Source: Nitrosomonas europaea
Lineage (GTDB): Bacteria > Pseudomonadota > Gammaproteobacteria > Burkholderiales > Nitrosomonadaceae
Direction of reading: 5' to 3'
NCBI RefSeq assembly: GCF_900167395.1
Contig: NZ_FUWK01000014.1
Coordinates: 1 to 32,000, forward strand
DNA: 32,000 nt
The position numbers and the translations under genes were made by a program. Positions 1-8,725 of the stretch are shown here, piece by piece. Below the pieces are notes generated by a model. It was not told where the DNA came from and ran no database searches. It saw only the letters and a list, made by a program, of their open reading frames with translations. Position 1 is the stretch's first letter. Every line of letters begins with the position of its first letter.

Positions 1-330
1 ATACTGACGGGTGGACAGCGCAATGATTGCACGCAGGCTCTTGATCTGATCAGCGGGTTCAGGCCCTCGCATGTTCTGGCGGATAAAGGCTACGACAGCG
101 ATAATATTCTCGACGCCATTGCCTCCATGAAGGCCGTGCCTGTCATCCCACCGCGATCAAACCGCAAAATACGAAGAACGTATGATCGCGAAATCTATAA
201 ATGCAGAAATATCATTGAGCGCACATTCAACAAACTCAAGCATTGGCGCAGACTTTCAACCAGATATGACCGTAAAGCTATTTACTTCTCCGCCTTCATA
301 CATCTGGCTGCAGCAACTTTATGGCTTTAA
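1..330 (+). CDS. IS5-family (DDE_Tnp_1) transposase, C-terminal 109 codons, 5'-partial
   Basis: Frame 1 is open from base 1. Translation: ILTGGQRNDCTQALDLISGF..HVLADKGYDSDNILD...YKCRNIIERTFNKLKHWRRLSTRYDR. The DKGYDS (second catalytic D) and ERTFxxLKxWRRLxTRYD (catalytic E region) motifs are hallmarks of IS5/IS427-like transposases. Confidence 0.85.
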   Translation: MLTGGQRNDCTQALDLISGFRPSHVLADKGYDSDNILDAIASMKAVPVIPPRSNRKIRRTYDREIYKCRNIIERTFNKLKHWRRLSTRYDRKAIYFSAFIHLAAATLWL

Positions 331-375
331 ATGTCGATTCGACCTAGGCGTTTTATCAAAGCGGTTCATCAAACG
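1..375 (+). mobile_element. Right-hand end of an IS5-family insertion sequence. The rest lies left of the window and the right boundary is approximate.
   Basis: The transposase ORF runs off the left edge. The IS end must lie between the stop codon (330) and the host hairpin at 376-405. The terminal inverted repeat could not be defined without the other end. Confidence 0.55.
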
Positions 376-405
376 GCAATGGCAACTCGCGATTATTGCC
401 ATTGC
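376..405 (-). terminator. Hairpin downstream of the PEP-CTERM gene (possible terminator)
   Basis: Perfect 10-bp inverted repeat GCAATGGCAA (376-385) / TTGCCATTGC (396-405) with a 10-nt loop, 33 nt past the minus-strand stop at 438. On the minus strand it is followed only by CGTTTGAT, a weak U-tract. Confidence 0.35.
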
Positions 406-437
406 TGTTGTGAAATAAAATACCGTGTTAAATCAGA

Positions 438-1226
438 TTAGCTGTTCTTGCGACGGCGAGTAGCTGTCATACCAAGCAGGCCTAATCCCAATATCGCCAG
501 AGTTGCGGGCTCAGGTACATTGTTAGTGTCATCACCACCACCACCAGCAACACTGCCAAAACCATCCAGATAGACATAACCCCAGTGTCCAGTAGGCTGG
601 CAATCAGCCGCTACGAGGGACAACATGAAATCATGGCCTTTCAGTGTGTCGTTGATATTGAGCGTCTCGATTTGCCAGTCTTGGGTGTAGTAATTACCAC
701 CACTTAATGAGAAGCGACTGTCTACGCCACTTCCGCTAGAAGCGGCATTATATTCCCGGGTAATAAGATCAATGCCGTCTGTAAGATCAGTTAATACCAG
801 TTTGAAGGTGGCGGCGTCATTGACACCATGTGCACCCAGCAGAACGGCTTTCCATACAAAGTTGATGCTGTCTTCCGTGTAGTTGGTGACGGTCTGCGTG
901 ATTGCGGAAGCATAGCCACCCCAAGTGGTGTCTTCGATACGGGCACTGTAATTACCGGCATACACGGTGCTGCCAAACGCGGCTCCAACATTGGGATCAA
1001 TGGTGCCAGCGCTAATTATTTGCGAATGCATTGCATAGTTATCATTGGCAAATACCCAGTCTGGCGTCAGGTTGGCGTTATTGATACTGGCACGATAAGC
1101 TGAGTTTGAAACTGTCCAGCCGTTGAAGTTACCAGTTTCGAAACCTCCATTGACGAAGGGATCGGCGTGCGCGGCTGATACCAGCAGTGTGGAGGCTGCC
1201 AGAGTAAGAGCAAATTTTGTTTTCAT
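438..1226 (-). CDS. PEP-CTERM sorting-domain secreted protein with a CBM-like N-terminal domain
   Basis: 262 aa. Signal peptide MKTKFALTLAASTLLVSAAHA. NGGFETGNFNGW motif typical of CBM4_9-like modules. C-terminal VPEPATLAILGLGLLGMTATRRRKNS is the PEP motif plus TM helix plus Arg cluster (exosortase sorting signal). Confidence 0.85.
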   Translation of the reverse strand: MKTKFALTLAASTLLVSAAHADPFVNGGFETGNFNGWTVSNSAYRASINNANLTPDWVFANDNYAMHSQIISAGTIDPNVGAAFGSTVYAGNYSARIEDTTWGGYASAITQTVTNYTEDSINFVWKAVLLGAHGVNDAATFKLVLTDLTDGIDLITREYNAASSGSGVDSRFSLSGGNYYTQDWQIETLNINDTLKGHDFMLSLVAADCQPTGHWGYVYLDGFGSVAGGGGDDTNNVPEPATLAILGLGLLGMTATRRRKNS

Positions 1227-1285
1227 ATAAACCTTTTATTGTTTAAATTAATGATAAATAGGCAGTTTCTGCCAGATAGATATAA

Positions 1286-1301
1286 AGCATGAGATATGCC
1301 A
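1286..1301 (-). promoter_or_regulatory. Candidate sigma-54 (-24/-12) promoter of the PEP-CTERM gene
   Basis: The minus strand reads TGGCATATCTCATGCT, against the consensus TGGCAC-N5-TTGCW. The GG and GC dinucleotides have the correct 12-nt register. It sits about 60 nt upstream of the ATG at 1226. Confidence 0.45.
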
Positions 1302-1697
1302 GCTTTTCATGGCTTTTGTATGTGTATGAAATTACGTTACTTCCTGTTTCTTGATTTGTGAAATGACCAGAAAGGAGGGGGCTTGTGTAAATTCTTTTGA
1401 CAACTTTCTGATATTTCCCGGAGATGAGGGTGCTATCAGTAAGGTTTCTCAGAATTTCTGTGAGAAGGTTAAAACCCGGGTAGAGGGTTTCGACAAAATA
1501 TAGTTTGTTAAAAAAGTGTGGCGCAACTCCAGATTACTGATCAGTGGGAGATTAATCCGGGGCTTAGATGCGCAGTGCAGTCTCAATTTGAGATAAAAGT
1601 GATCGGGAGAGGATATTTAGCTCTTTTTTTCATACGCTCGTTATGGTTGCCAAACCAGTATAATTGACGCTTTTTTAATTTCTCGAGAGGAAAGCTG

Positions 1698-2702
1698 ATG
1701 CATACCGGTACTACCCTTACCCAGTTCATCATTGAAGAGCAGCGTCACATCGCGGGAGCGAGCGGTGATTTCACCGCATTGCTGAACGATATCGTGACTG
1801 CTATCAAGACCATTTCCAATGCGGTGAACAAGGGGGCGCTGATTGGTGTGATGGGGGCGCTGGATACAGAAAACGTTCAGGGTGAAACCCAAAAAAAGCT
1901 GGATGTGATTACCAATGAAATCATGATCCGCAACAATGAATGGGCTGGTCATCTTTCTGGCATGGCATCGGAGGAAATGGATGATGTCTACTCGATTCCG
2001 TCTCCTTATCCACTCGGCAAATATCTGCTGGTATTTGACCCGCTGGATGGTTCCAGTAACGTGGATCTCAATATTTCCGTCGGGACGATTTTTTCGATTT
2101 TGCGCTCGCCAGTGCCAAGCCGGGCTGCCAGTATGGAAGATTTCCTGCAACCCGGCGTCAAACAGGTTTGTGCAGGTTATGCATTGTATGGTTCATCCAC
2201 CATGTTGGTGCTGACCACAGGCCATGGTGTCAATGGTTTTACGCTGGATCGTGATATCGGTGAATTCGTGCTGACACATCCAAACATGAGGATTCCCGCC
2301 GATACCAGGGAATTTGCCATCAATGCCTCCAACCAGCGTTTCTGGGAAGCACCGGTACAGCGTTATGTGGCGGAGTGTCTGGCAGGAAGTACCGGGCCGC
2401 GCGGTCGCGATTTCAATATGCGTTGGGTGGCTTCGATGGTGGCAGAGGTGCATCGTATCCTCACTCGCGGTGGTATTTTCATGTATCCGCGCGATACCAA
2501 AGATCCCTCCAAACCCGGCAGACTGCGTCTGATGTACGAAGCCAATCCGATGAGTTTTATCGTCGAACAGGCAGGCGGGTTATCCACCACCGGCTACGAG
2601 CGCATTCTGGATGTCGTGCCGCAGGATCTGCATCAGCGTGTACCGGTGATTCTGGGCTCGAAGAACGAGGTCGAGGTGGTTCTGGAGTATCACAATGCCT
2701 GA
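1698..2702 (+). CDS. fbp: Fructose-1,6-bisphosphatase, class I
   Basis: 334 aa. Contains the [11 protein letters not shown] metal-binding motif and [33 protein letters not shown] lies upstream of the ATG. Confidence 0.95.
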   Translation: MHTGTTLTQFIIEEQRHIAGASGDFTALLNDIVTAIKTISNAVNKGALIGVMGALDTENVQGETQKKLDVITNEIMIRNNEWAGHLSGMASEEMDDVYSIPSPYPLGKYLLVFDPLDGSSNVDLNISVGTIFSILRSPVPSRAASMEDFLQPGVKQVCAGYALYGSSTMLVLTTGHGVNGFTLDRDIGEFVLTHPNMRIPADTREFAINASNQRFWEAPVQRYVAECLAGSTGPRGRDFNMRWVASMVAEVHRILTRGGIFMYPRDTKDPSKPGRLRLMYEANPMSFIVEQAGGLSTTGYERILDVVPQDLHQRVPVILGSKNEVEVVLEYHNA

Positions 2703-2727
2703 TGCCATCTGATTGATGCTGGCTGAA

Positions 2728-3708
2728 TTATCCGGGGGAGGAGAAAGCCTGCACCCGGTTATGCGGCCGGGTGTAATCGATATCCGGCCCTTTAGGAATG
2801 ATCTGGGTCGGATTGATGGTCGAGTGGCTGTAGTAGTAATGGGTTTTGATGTGTTCGAAATTTACGGTACCGGCGATACCAGATATCTGGTATAGCGCAC
2901 GCAGGTAATTGGATAGATTAGGATAATCTTCGATACGCTGTTTGTTGAGCTTAAAATGGCTGTAATACACGGCATCGAAGCGAATCAGTGTGGTGAAAAA
3001 CCGCCAGTCAGCCTCAGTCAGGCGATTACCCGCGAGATAGCGGCGGGTATTCAGGCTGTCATCAATTGCATCCAATCTATTGAAGATTCGATCGTAGGCT
3101 TTTTCGTAAATAAGCTGGTCAGTGGCAAAACCGGCTTTGTAAACTCCGTTGTTGAAATCCCGGTAGACCACTTCATTGATGGTGCCGATCTCATTGCGCA
3201 GGGCTTCGGGGTAGAAGTCGAGATCATTGCCGGTGAGCGAGTCAAACGCACTGTTGAACATGCGGATGATGTCGGCTGATTCATTGCTGACAATGGTGTC
3301 GCGTTGCTTGTCCCATAGCACCGGTACCGTAACCCGGCCGGTATAGTCCGGTTTGGCCCGGGTATAGAGTTGGTGCAGATAGCGGATGTCTTGTACAGGA
3401 TTGTCACGAGAAATCTCACTGAACGCCCAGCCGTGCTCCAGCATTCTGGGATCGACGATGGTAATACCGATATGTGCCTGCAGATCTTTCAGATGGCGGA
3501 AGATCAGAGTGCGATGTGCCCACGGGCAGGCCAGTGACACGAACAGATGATAGCGGCCGGATTCTGCAGTAAATCCTCCCTCGCCGGAAGGGCCGGGTTG
3601 CCCGTCCGGGGTGACCCAGTGACGGTACTGAGCATTTTCACGTACAAACTCTCCATTTTGGAGGGTATACCACTGATCCTGCCATTTTCCGTTTATCAAG
3701 AGTCCCAC
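2728..3708 (-). CDS. yqjG: Glutathionyl-hydroquinone reductase (Xi-class GST, YqjG/ECM4 family)
   Basis: 326 aa, collinear with E. coli YqjG as recalled. Active-site motif SLACPWAHRTLI, plus RVTVPVLWDK and NGVYKAGFAT. GTG start preceded by SD GGAGGG. Confidence 0.9.
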   Translation of the reverse strand: MGLLINGKWQDQWYTLQNGEFVRENAQYRHWVTPDGQPGPSGEGGFTAESGRYHLFVSLACPWAHRTLIFRHLKDLQAHIGITIVDPRMLEHGWAFSEISRDNPVQDIRYLHQLYTRAKPDYTGRVTVPVLWDKQRDTIVSNESADIIRMFNSAFDSLTGNDLDFYPEALRNEIGTINEVVYRDFNNGVYKAGFATDQLIYEKAYDRIFNRLDAIDDSLNTRRYLAGNRLTEADWRFFTTLIRFDAVYYSHFKLNKQRIEDYPNLSNYLRALYQISGIAGTVNFEHIKTHYYYSHSTINPTQIIPKGPDIDYTRPHNRVQAFSSPG

Positions 3709-3977
3709 TGGCTTATCCCTCCGGATTCAGATTCAGGCGACAGCAGTGCCAATCCATCGAAGAATTCACCGGATCCCGCCAGTAATGCCATCAGGTAACC
3801 GGGATTGGGGCCGATTGAGTTCATCCACTGACCGGTCGCTTCAAGGCCATTGACACCAAACCAGCTAAATAGCTTCTGTGCACCATGTGCCATGAAAACG
3901 CCACCTGTTGTGATACGCAGCAGCAATATCACCAAGTCAGTTTTGTCATGTGTTGCCAGAATCGTTGAAATCTTCAT
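3696..3977 (-). CDS. DoxX-family membrane protein (yqjF-like), apparently C-terminally truncated
   Basis: MKISTIL...LLRITTGGVFMAHGAQKLF...GYLMALLAGSGEFFDGLALL matches the first two DoxX TM helices. It then ends in the non-hydrophobic tail SPESESGGISQWDS, which overlaps the yqjG SD and start. The start was chosen at ATG 3977 (SD GAGGT); the track ORF starts at 3989. Confidence 0.6.
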   Translation of the reverse strand: MKISTILATHDKTDLVILLLRITTGGVFMAHGAQKLFSWFGVNGLEATGQWMNSIGPNPGYLMALLAGSGEFFDGLALLSPESESGGISQWDS

Positions 3978-4396
3978 CTGTGACCTCATGTTACTTTTTT
4001 GTTATTACAGCCGCTGCAGACCGGGAAGAATCTGCTGTTAGATATCGGTGTGTTCATCGTACTGCAGCAAACATTTTTACCGAACTGGCTGCTTGCCTTG
4101 ATAGTGGCAAATTGGCAGGTTTTCAAGTGATTGAATATTGCTATGACTGATATGGTTGCGATATAGCTGATTTACCCGTGCTTTTTCCAGAAAATAACAG
4201 GGTTATATCCGTTGTAGTATGGAATCGTGATTATTTCCGGTAACGACTACATGGCTGTTACGTTTGTTGGTAAGTGCCGGGAAATCGGAGTTATTGAACG
4301 ATTCTGGAAATCCTGTGTCGTAAACAATAATTTTTGCGCGGATTCCCGCAACTGGTAAACCCTCTGATGGCCATGGCTAGAACTGGCCTCCCTTCG

Positions 4397-4428
4397 AGCC
4401 TGTACGGAATTTCCGTACAGGCTTTTTT
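4397..4428 (+). terminator. Strong intrinsic terminator with no annotated plus-strand gene upstream
   Basis: AGCCTGTACGGAA-T-TTCCGTACAGGCT is a 13-bp perfect stem, followed directly by a T-run (TTTTTT across 4423-4428). The minus-strand reading has no U-tract. Confidence 0.7.
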
Positions 4429-4618
4429 CATAGTGTGCCCGAGATTGTATATTTCGATCGTTACCGGGTAAAGGTATCGAATTTCACCCGTTCACTTGGC
4501 ATGATACGTAACTACGTAACAGGGCTGAAGAGTGTGCGCCTGAATTTATGCTGCCAGTAGAACTGGAAGATCCGGAATCAGACCAGGGAAAACAAGGCAG
4601 ATGTCTGCTGTCTTCTCT

Positions 4619-5002
4619 TCAGGCCTTATTCATGACGTAACGAAGAAGATCTGTCGAGGTAAGAATACCCCATGGCTGATTTTCTTCTGCCCTGACGATG
4701 AGACTGTTGATTTTATTATCTAACATGATTCGGATAGCCATATTGATTTCGGCAGAGGGATCGATGACGACGGGCGTATCAGTCATCAGATCCCTGACGA
4801 GATGTTCATCCTTAGTGTTGCCTGAACCATGCCAGGCCATTGAAAGATCTCTGTCACTCAGAACGCCAACCAGTTTCCCGCCATCGAGTACAGGCAGATG
4901 ATGGCAGGCACATTCTTTCATCATGACCAGGGCTTTTTCTACTGAAATGTCGAAACCTATCGTTTTCGGCATAGGGGTCATCAGATCACGTACCTTTGTC
5001 AT
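4619..5002 (-). CDS. CBS-pair domain protein
   Basis: 127 aa with two CBS motifs (HHLPVLDGGKLVGVLSDRDL; INSLIVRAEENQPWGILTSTDLL). Its start overlaps the stop of the upstream CBS gene (ATGA). Confidence 0.85.
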   Translation of the reverse strand: MTKVRDLMTPMPKTIGFDISVEKALVMMKECACHHLPVLDGGKLVGVLSDRDLSMAWHGSGNTKDEHLVRDLMTDTPVVIDPSAEINMAIRIMLDNKINSLIVRAEENQPWGILTSTDLLRYVMNKA

Positions 5003-5409
5003 TTTTTGCCTCGCAATATTTCTACCAGAATATCCAGTGCATCGGTTACTGTGAATATGCCTTGCAGGTTTCCCTGTTCATCACTGACCAGAACGCTGCC
5101 GATCTTTTTTTCCGACATCTTCAGGATAACGTCCTCAATGGATGTGCTGCCCCGGAAAATTATAGGATCGGGTGTCATCAGATCGGCAGCCCTGACCAAA
5201 AATTTCTCACGAGTGCTCAAAGCCGAGATAATTTTGAGATCCCGTTCACTGACGATACCTGTAACCTTGCCGTCTGACATGATGGGAATGTGCCGCACTT
5301 TGAGGTTTTTGATGAGATCCAGCAATTCTTCGATCGAGCTGTCCTCGCGAGCCGTGACCGGATAGGGGGTGGTAAATTCCTGAATCGGCAATTCAAGTTT
5401 CGTGCTCAT
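4999..5409 (-). CDS. CBS-pair domain protein
   Basis: 136 aa (VRHIPIMSDGKVTGIVSERDL; IGSVLVSDEQGNLQGIFTVTDAL). Translationally coupled to 4619-5002. Confidence 0.85.
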   Translation of the reverse strand: MSTKLELPIQEFTTPYPVTAREDSSIEELLDLIKNLKVRHIPIMSDGKVTGIVSERDLKIISALSTREKFLVRAADLMTPDPIIFRGSTSIEDVILKMSEKKIGSVLVSDEQGNLQGIFTVTDALDILVEILRGKK

Positions 5410-5596
5410 AAAACATCTCCATATACGTGAACTGGGCTGAGTTATACCAGATCATGAGGTATTAGGGAATCTTGCCCGGGGAGAAGGGCCGACAGTCTCT
5501 GGCAAAGAGGGAGTCGTACCTGGACCACGGATTCCGGATTTGCAGTGAATGCTGCTCGTTTCTGATCGGTGAAAACGCAGGGCATACTTCCTGTTG

Positions 5597-5977
5597 TTAT
5601 TTTCGTACTTTGGTTTTCTTAGCGGATTGTGCAGATCGGGGTTTGAGTTTTCGTTTGGAGCCGGGTTTGAGTGTATCTGGAGTCATAGCTCTGGCGATTT
5701 TTTTATCAGGATTTATCCGGTATATAATCAGAACTCTGCCGATTTGCTCGACGGGTGCCGCGTTCAGTGAGAGGCAGATTTGCTCCAGCAGGGAAGCTCT
5801 CTGATCCCGATCGCCATCGAGTACCTTGACCTTGATAAGCTCATGTTTCAGAAGGCTTCGATCCAGCTCGCCAATGACATTTTCAGTCAGGCCATCCTTG
5901 CCAATCGTGACTGTCGGATTCAGGTGATGTGCGCTGGCTGCAAGTTGCCGGCGCTGTGCCATATCGAGTTCAAGCAT
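5597..5977 (-). CDS. yhbY: Ribosome-assembly RNA-binding protein YhbY (CRM domain) with a Lys-rich C-terminal extension
   Basis: 126 aa. LNPTVTIGKDGLTENVIGELDRSLLKHELIKVKV aligns with E. coli YhbY. SD AGGAAGG lies 4 nt upstream of the ATG. It is divergent from rlmE, as in E. coli. Confidence 0.85.
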   Translation of the reverse strand: MLELDMAQRRQLAASAHHLNPTVTIGKDGLTENVIGELDRSLLKHELIKVKVLDGDRDQRASLLEQICLSLNAAPVEQIGRVLIIYRINPDKKIARAMTPDTLKPGSKRKLKPRSAQSAKKTKVRK

Positions 5978-6020
5978 TAAACCTTCCTAAAAGAGTTGAA
6001 TTTTACCTGATTTTTACCTG

Positions 6021-6641
6021 ATGAAATCTGCCAGAACCAGCAGGGCCTGGATAAAGGCTCATATCAACGATAATTTTGTCCGCAAGGCCAACCACGAGGG
6101 CTATCGCTCGCGTGCCGCATACAAGCTGCGGGAAATTGCCGAACACGATGCCCTGTTCGTACCAGGGATGACAGTTGTCGATCTGGGTGCAGTGCCTGGC
6201 AGCTGGTCGCAAGTAGCACTCGAATCCGTTGGGCCGACAGGAAAGGTGTTTGCGCTGGATATGCTGGATATGCAGCCACTACCCGGTATGACGTTCATTC
6301 AAGGAGATTTCCGCGAAAATGAGGTTCTGGCGATGTTGGAAGCAGCACTGGGCGGGAAACGTGCAGACCTTGTTATTTCCGATATGTCACCCAATCTTAC
6401 CGGTATCCGTGTCAGTGATCAGGCTCAAGGCATGTATCTGGCCGAGTTGGCCTTGATATTTTGTCGTGAACATTTGAACCCTGGCAAAAATTTCCTTGTC
6501 AAAGTTTTCCAGGGAAGTGACTTTGAAGCTTTCCGGCAGATGATGCAAACCGATTTTTCAAAAGTTGTCATCCGGAAACCAAAGGCTTCGCGAGATCGCA
6601 GTAAAGAGCTATATTTGCTGGGACTAGAAAAAATAATCTGA
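6021..6641 (+). CDS. rlmE: 23S rRNA (uridine2552-2'-O)-methyltransferase RlmE/FtsJ
   Basis: 206 aa. SAM-binding motif VVDLGAVPGSWSQ, DLVISDMSPNLTG and KVFQG...RKPKASRDRSKELYL, collinear with E. coli RlmE. Conserved position upstream of ftsH. Confidence 0.95.
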   Translation: MKSARTSRAWIKAHINDNFVRKANHEGYRSRAAYKLREIAEHDALFVPGMTVVDLGAVPGSWSQVALESVGPTGKVFALDMLDMQPLPGMTFIQGDFRENEVLAMLEAALGGKRADLVISDMSPNLTGIRVSDQAQGMYLAELALIFCREHLNPGKNFLVKVFQGSDFEAFRQMMQTDFSKVVIRKPKASRDRSKELYLLGLEKII

Positions 6642-6725
6642 TAGACTGCGGTGACATCTTGTAAAAAGTAAACCGCAATGTGTCAGAAACCCGGTTTCGT
6701 CGAGAAGCAAAATTGAGGAGCTAAT

Positions 6726-8657
6726 ATGAATAATCTGATTAAGAACATGGCTATCTGGTTGGTGATTGCTTTGGTACTGATGACAGTATTCAATCAATTC
6801 TCCACACGGCAACCATCACAGCCCCCCATGGAATATTCACAGTTTATTAGTGAAATGCATCAGGGCAGGATTGCCAAGGTAGTGATTGACGGCCGGACTT
6901 TACGAGGATCGAAAACAGATGGTCGTCAGTTTATCGTTCATTCACCCTCCGATCCGTGGCTGGTAAGTGATCTGTTGAAAGCGGGTGTATCAGTGGAAGC
7001 AAAACCGGAAGAAGAGCCATCCATGCTGATGAGCATACTGGTGTCATGGTTCCCGATGTTGCTGTTGATTGCCGTCTGGATCTTTTTTATGCGTCAGATG
7101 CAGGGAGGCGGCCGGAATGGCGGTGCTTTCTCGTTCGGGAAAAGTAAAGCCAGGATGCTTGATCATAAGAACAACAATGTGACTTTTGCGGATGTGGCTG
7201 GTTGTGAAGAAGCCAAGGAAGAGGTTGCCGAACTGGTGGAATTCCTGAGAGATCCCTCCAGATTCCAGAAACTGGGCGGACGTATTCCTCGTGGCGTTTT
7301 GATGTGCGGCAGTCCGGGAACGGGTAAGACATTACTCGCTCGTGCCATTGCCGGTGAAGCAAAAGTGCCATTCTTCAGCATTTCCGGTTCGGATTTTGTT
7401 GAAATGTTTGTAGGTGTGGGTGCTTCCAGGGTGAGAGATATGTTCGAGCAGGCGAAAAAGCATGCACCCTGCATCATCTTCATCGACGAGATCGATGCGG
7501 TTGGGCGTCAGCGCGGTGCCGGGCTGGGAGGTGGAAACGATGAACGTGAACAGACCCTGAACCAGTTGCTGGTCGAGATGGATGGTTTCGAAGGCAATAT
7601 GGGTGTGATCGTCATTGCGGCTACCAACCGTCCTGACGTACTTGATCCTGCATTGTTGCGTCCAGGCCGGTTCGACAGACAAGTCGTCGTTCCATTGCCG
7701 GATATACGTGGCCGGGAACAGATCCTGCAGGTGCACATGCGCAAGGTTCCGGTATCTCCTGATGTCAAAGCCGGTATCCTCGCCAGAGGTACACCCGGTA
7801 TGTCAGGAGCTGATCTTGCCAATCTGGTCAATGAGGCTGCGCTGTTTGCTGCACGCGCTGGTAAACGCCTGGTCGATATGGATGATTTCGAACGTGCGAA
7901 AGACAAGATTCTGATGGGTGCTGAGCGTCGTTCCGTCGTCATGCCGGAAAATGAGCGCCGTAATACTGCCTATCATGAATCCGGACATGCAGTGGTAGCT
8001 TACCTGTTGCCTAAAACTGATCCGGTTCACAAGGTTTCGATCATTCCGCGCGGGCGTGCACTGGGTGTCACCATGCAATTGCCTTCCGAGGATCGTTACA
8101 GCATGGATCGTGATCAGATATTGCAAACCATAGCGGTCATGTTTGGCGGCCGCATTGCAGAAGAAGTGTTCATGAGCCAGATGACTACCGGTGCCTCCAA
8201 TGACTTTGAACGGGCAACGGATACTGCTCGCAAAATGGTAATGCAGTGGGGTATGTCTGAGACGCTGGGACCTATGGTGTATGGTGAAAATGAGGGCGAA
8301 GTGTTCCTTGGTCGTTCAGTCACCACACACAAGAATCTAAGTGAAGCAACCATGCAGAAGGTCGATGCCGAGATCCGCCGTATCATTGATGAGCAGTATG
8401 CACTTGCACGCAAGCTGATCGAAGAGAACAAGGATAAAATCGAGGCAATGACTCAGGCACTGCTTGAATGGGAGACGATAGACAGCGACCAGATCAAGGA
8501 TATCATGGAGGGTCGCCCGCCACGTCCGCCACAGGCACCGACTTCTTCTGCGCGGCAGGATAAAGGTTCGGCAGGCTCAGCAGCCAGTGAAGTAAAACAA
8601 CCTGCTGGTGAACCTGCAACGACCGAGGCTCCTGCTGCCCAGAAAGTCGAAATCTAA
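6726..8657 (+). CDS. ftsH: ATP-dependent zinc metalloprotease FtsH
   Basis: 643 aa. Two N-terminal TM helices, Walker A GSPGTGKT, Walker [10 protein letters not shown], an SRH region and the zinc site HESGH. SD GAGGAG upstream. Confidence 0.98.
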   Translation: MNNLIKNMAIWLVIALVLMTVFNQFSTRQPSQPPMEYSQFISEMHQGRIAKVVIDGRTLRGSKTDGRQFIVHSPSDPWLVSDLLKAGVSVEAKPEEEPSMLMSILVSWFPMLLLIAVWIFFMRQMQGGGRNGGAFSFGKSKARMLDHKNNNVTFADVAGCEEAKEEVAELVEFLRDPSRFQKLGGRIPRGVLMCGSPGTGKTLLARAIAGEAKVPFFSISGSDFVEMFVGVGASRVRDMFEQAKKHAPCIIFIDEIDAVGRQRGAGLGGGNDEREQTLNQLLVEMDGFEGNMGVIVIAATNRPDVLDPALLRPGRFDRQVVVPLPDIRGREQILQVHMRKVPVSPDVKAGILARGTPGMSGADLANLVNEAALFAARAGKRLVDMDDFERAKDKILMGAERRSVVMPENERRNTAYHESGHAVVAYLLPKTDPVHKVSIIPRGRALGVTMQLPSEDRYSMDRDQILQTIAVMFGGRIAEEVFMSQMTTGASNDFERATDTARKMVMQWGMSETLGPMVYGENEGEVFLGRSVTTHKNLSEATMQKVDAEIRRIIDEQYALARKLIEENKDKIEAMTQALLEWETIDSDQIKDIMEGRPPRPPQAPTSSARQDKGSAGSAASEVKQPAGEPATTEAPAAQKVEI

Positions 8658-8681
8658 AACAGTACGTTATTTTCTTTCCAG

Positions 8682-8720
8682 TGGCCTGTACGTTCTTTTG
8701 ACGCACAGGCCATTTTTCTT
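8682..8720 (+). terminator. Intrinsic terminator/attenuator between ftsH and folP
   Basis: TGGCCTGTACG (8682-8692) pairs with CGCACAGGCCA (8702-8712), an 11-bp stem with one mismatch. It is followed by TTTTTCTT. Confidence 0.6.
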
Positions 8721-8725
8721 GCCCA

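Noticed and set aside
1261-1274. A second sigma-54-like GG...GC element (GGCAGTTTCTGCC)
   Set aside because: The GG-to-GC register is 10 nt instead of 12. It is better explained as a small 5-bp inverted repeat.
1641-2150. 169-aa minus-strand ORF, and the many similar antisense or overlapping ORFs in the track (for example 7508-7942, 14823-15479, 16491-17033, 20107-20547, 25311-25829, 25905-26597, 28125-28586)
   Set aside because: All lie wholly inside strongly recognisable genes on the other strand or in another frame. They have no recognisable motifs and show the Arg/Ser/Pro-rich composition typical of shadow ORFs.
3950-4358. 66-aa ORF 3950-4150 and 35-codon Cys-containing ORF 4251-4358 as genes terminated by the 4397 hairpin
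   Set aside because: Neither has an SD or recognisable motifs. The first overlaps the DoxX start region in antisense. They are kept only as a caveat to the sRNA hypothesis.
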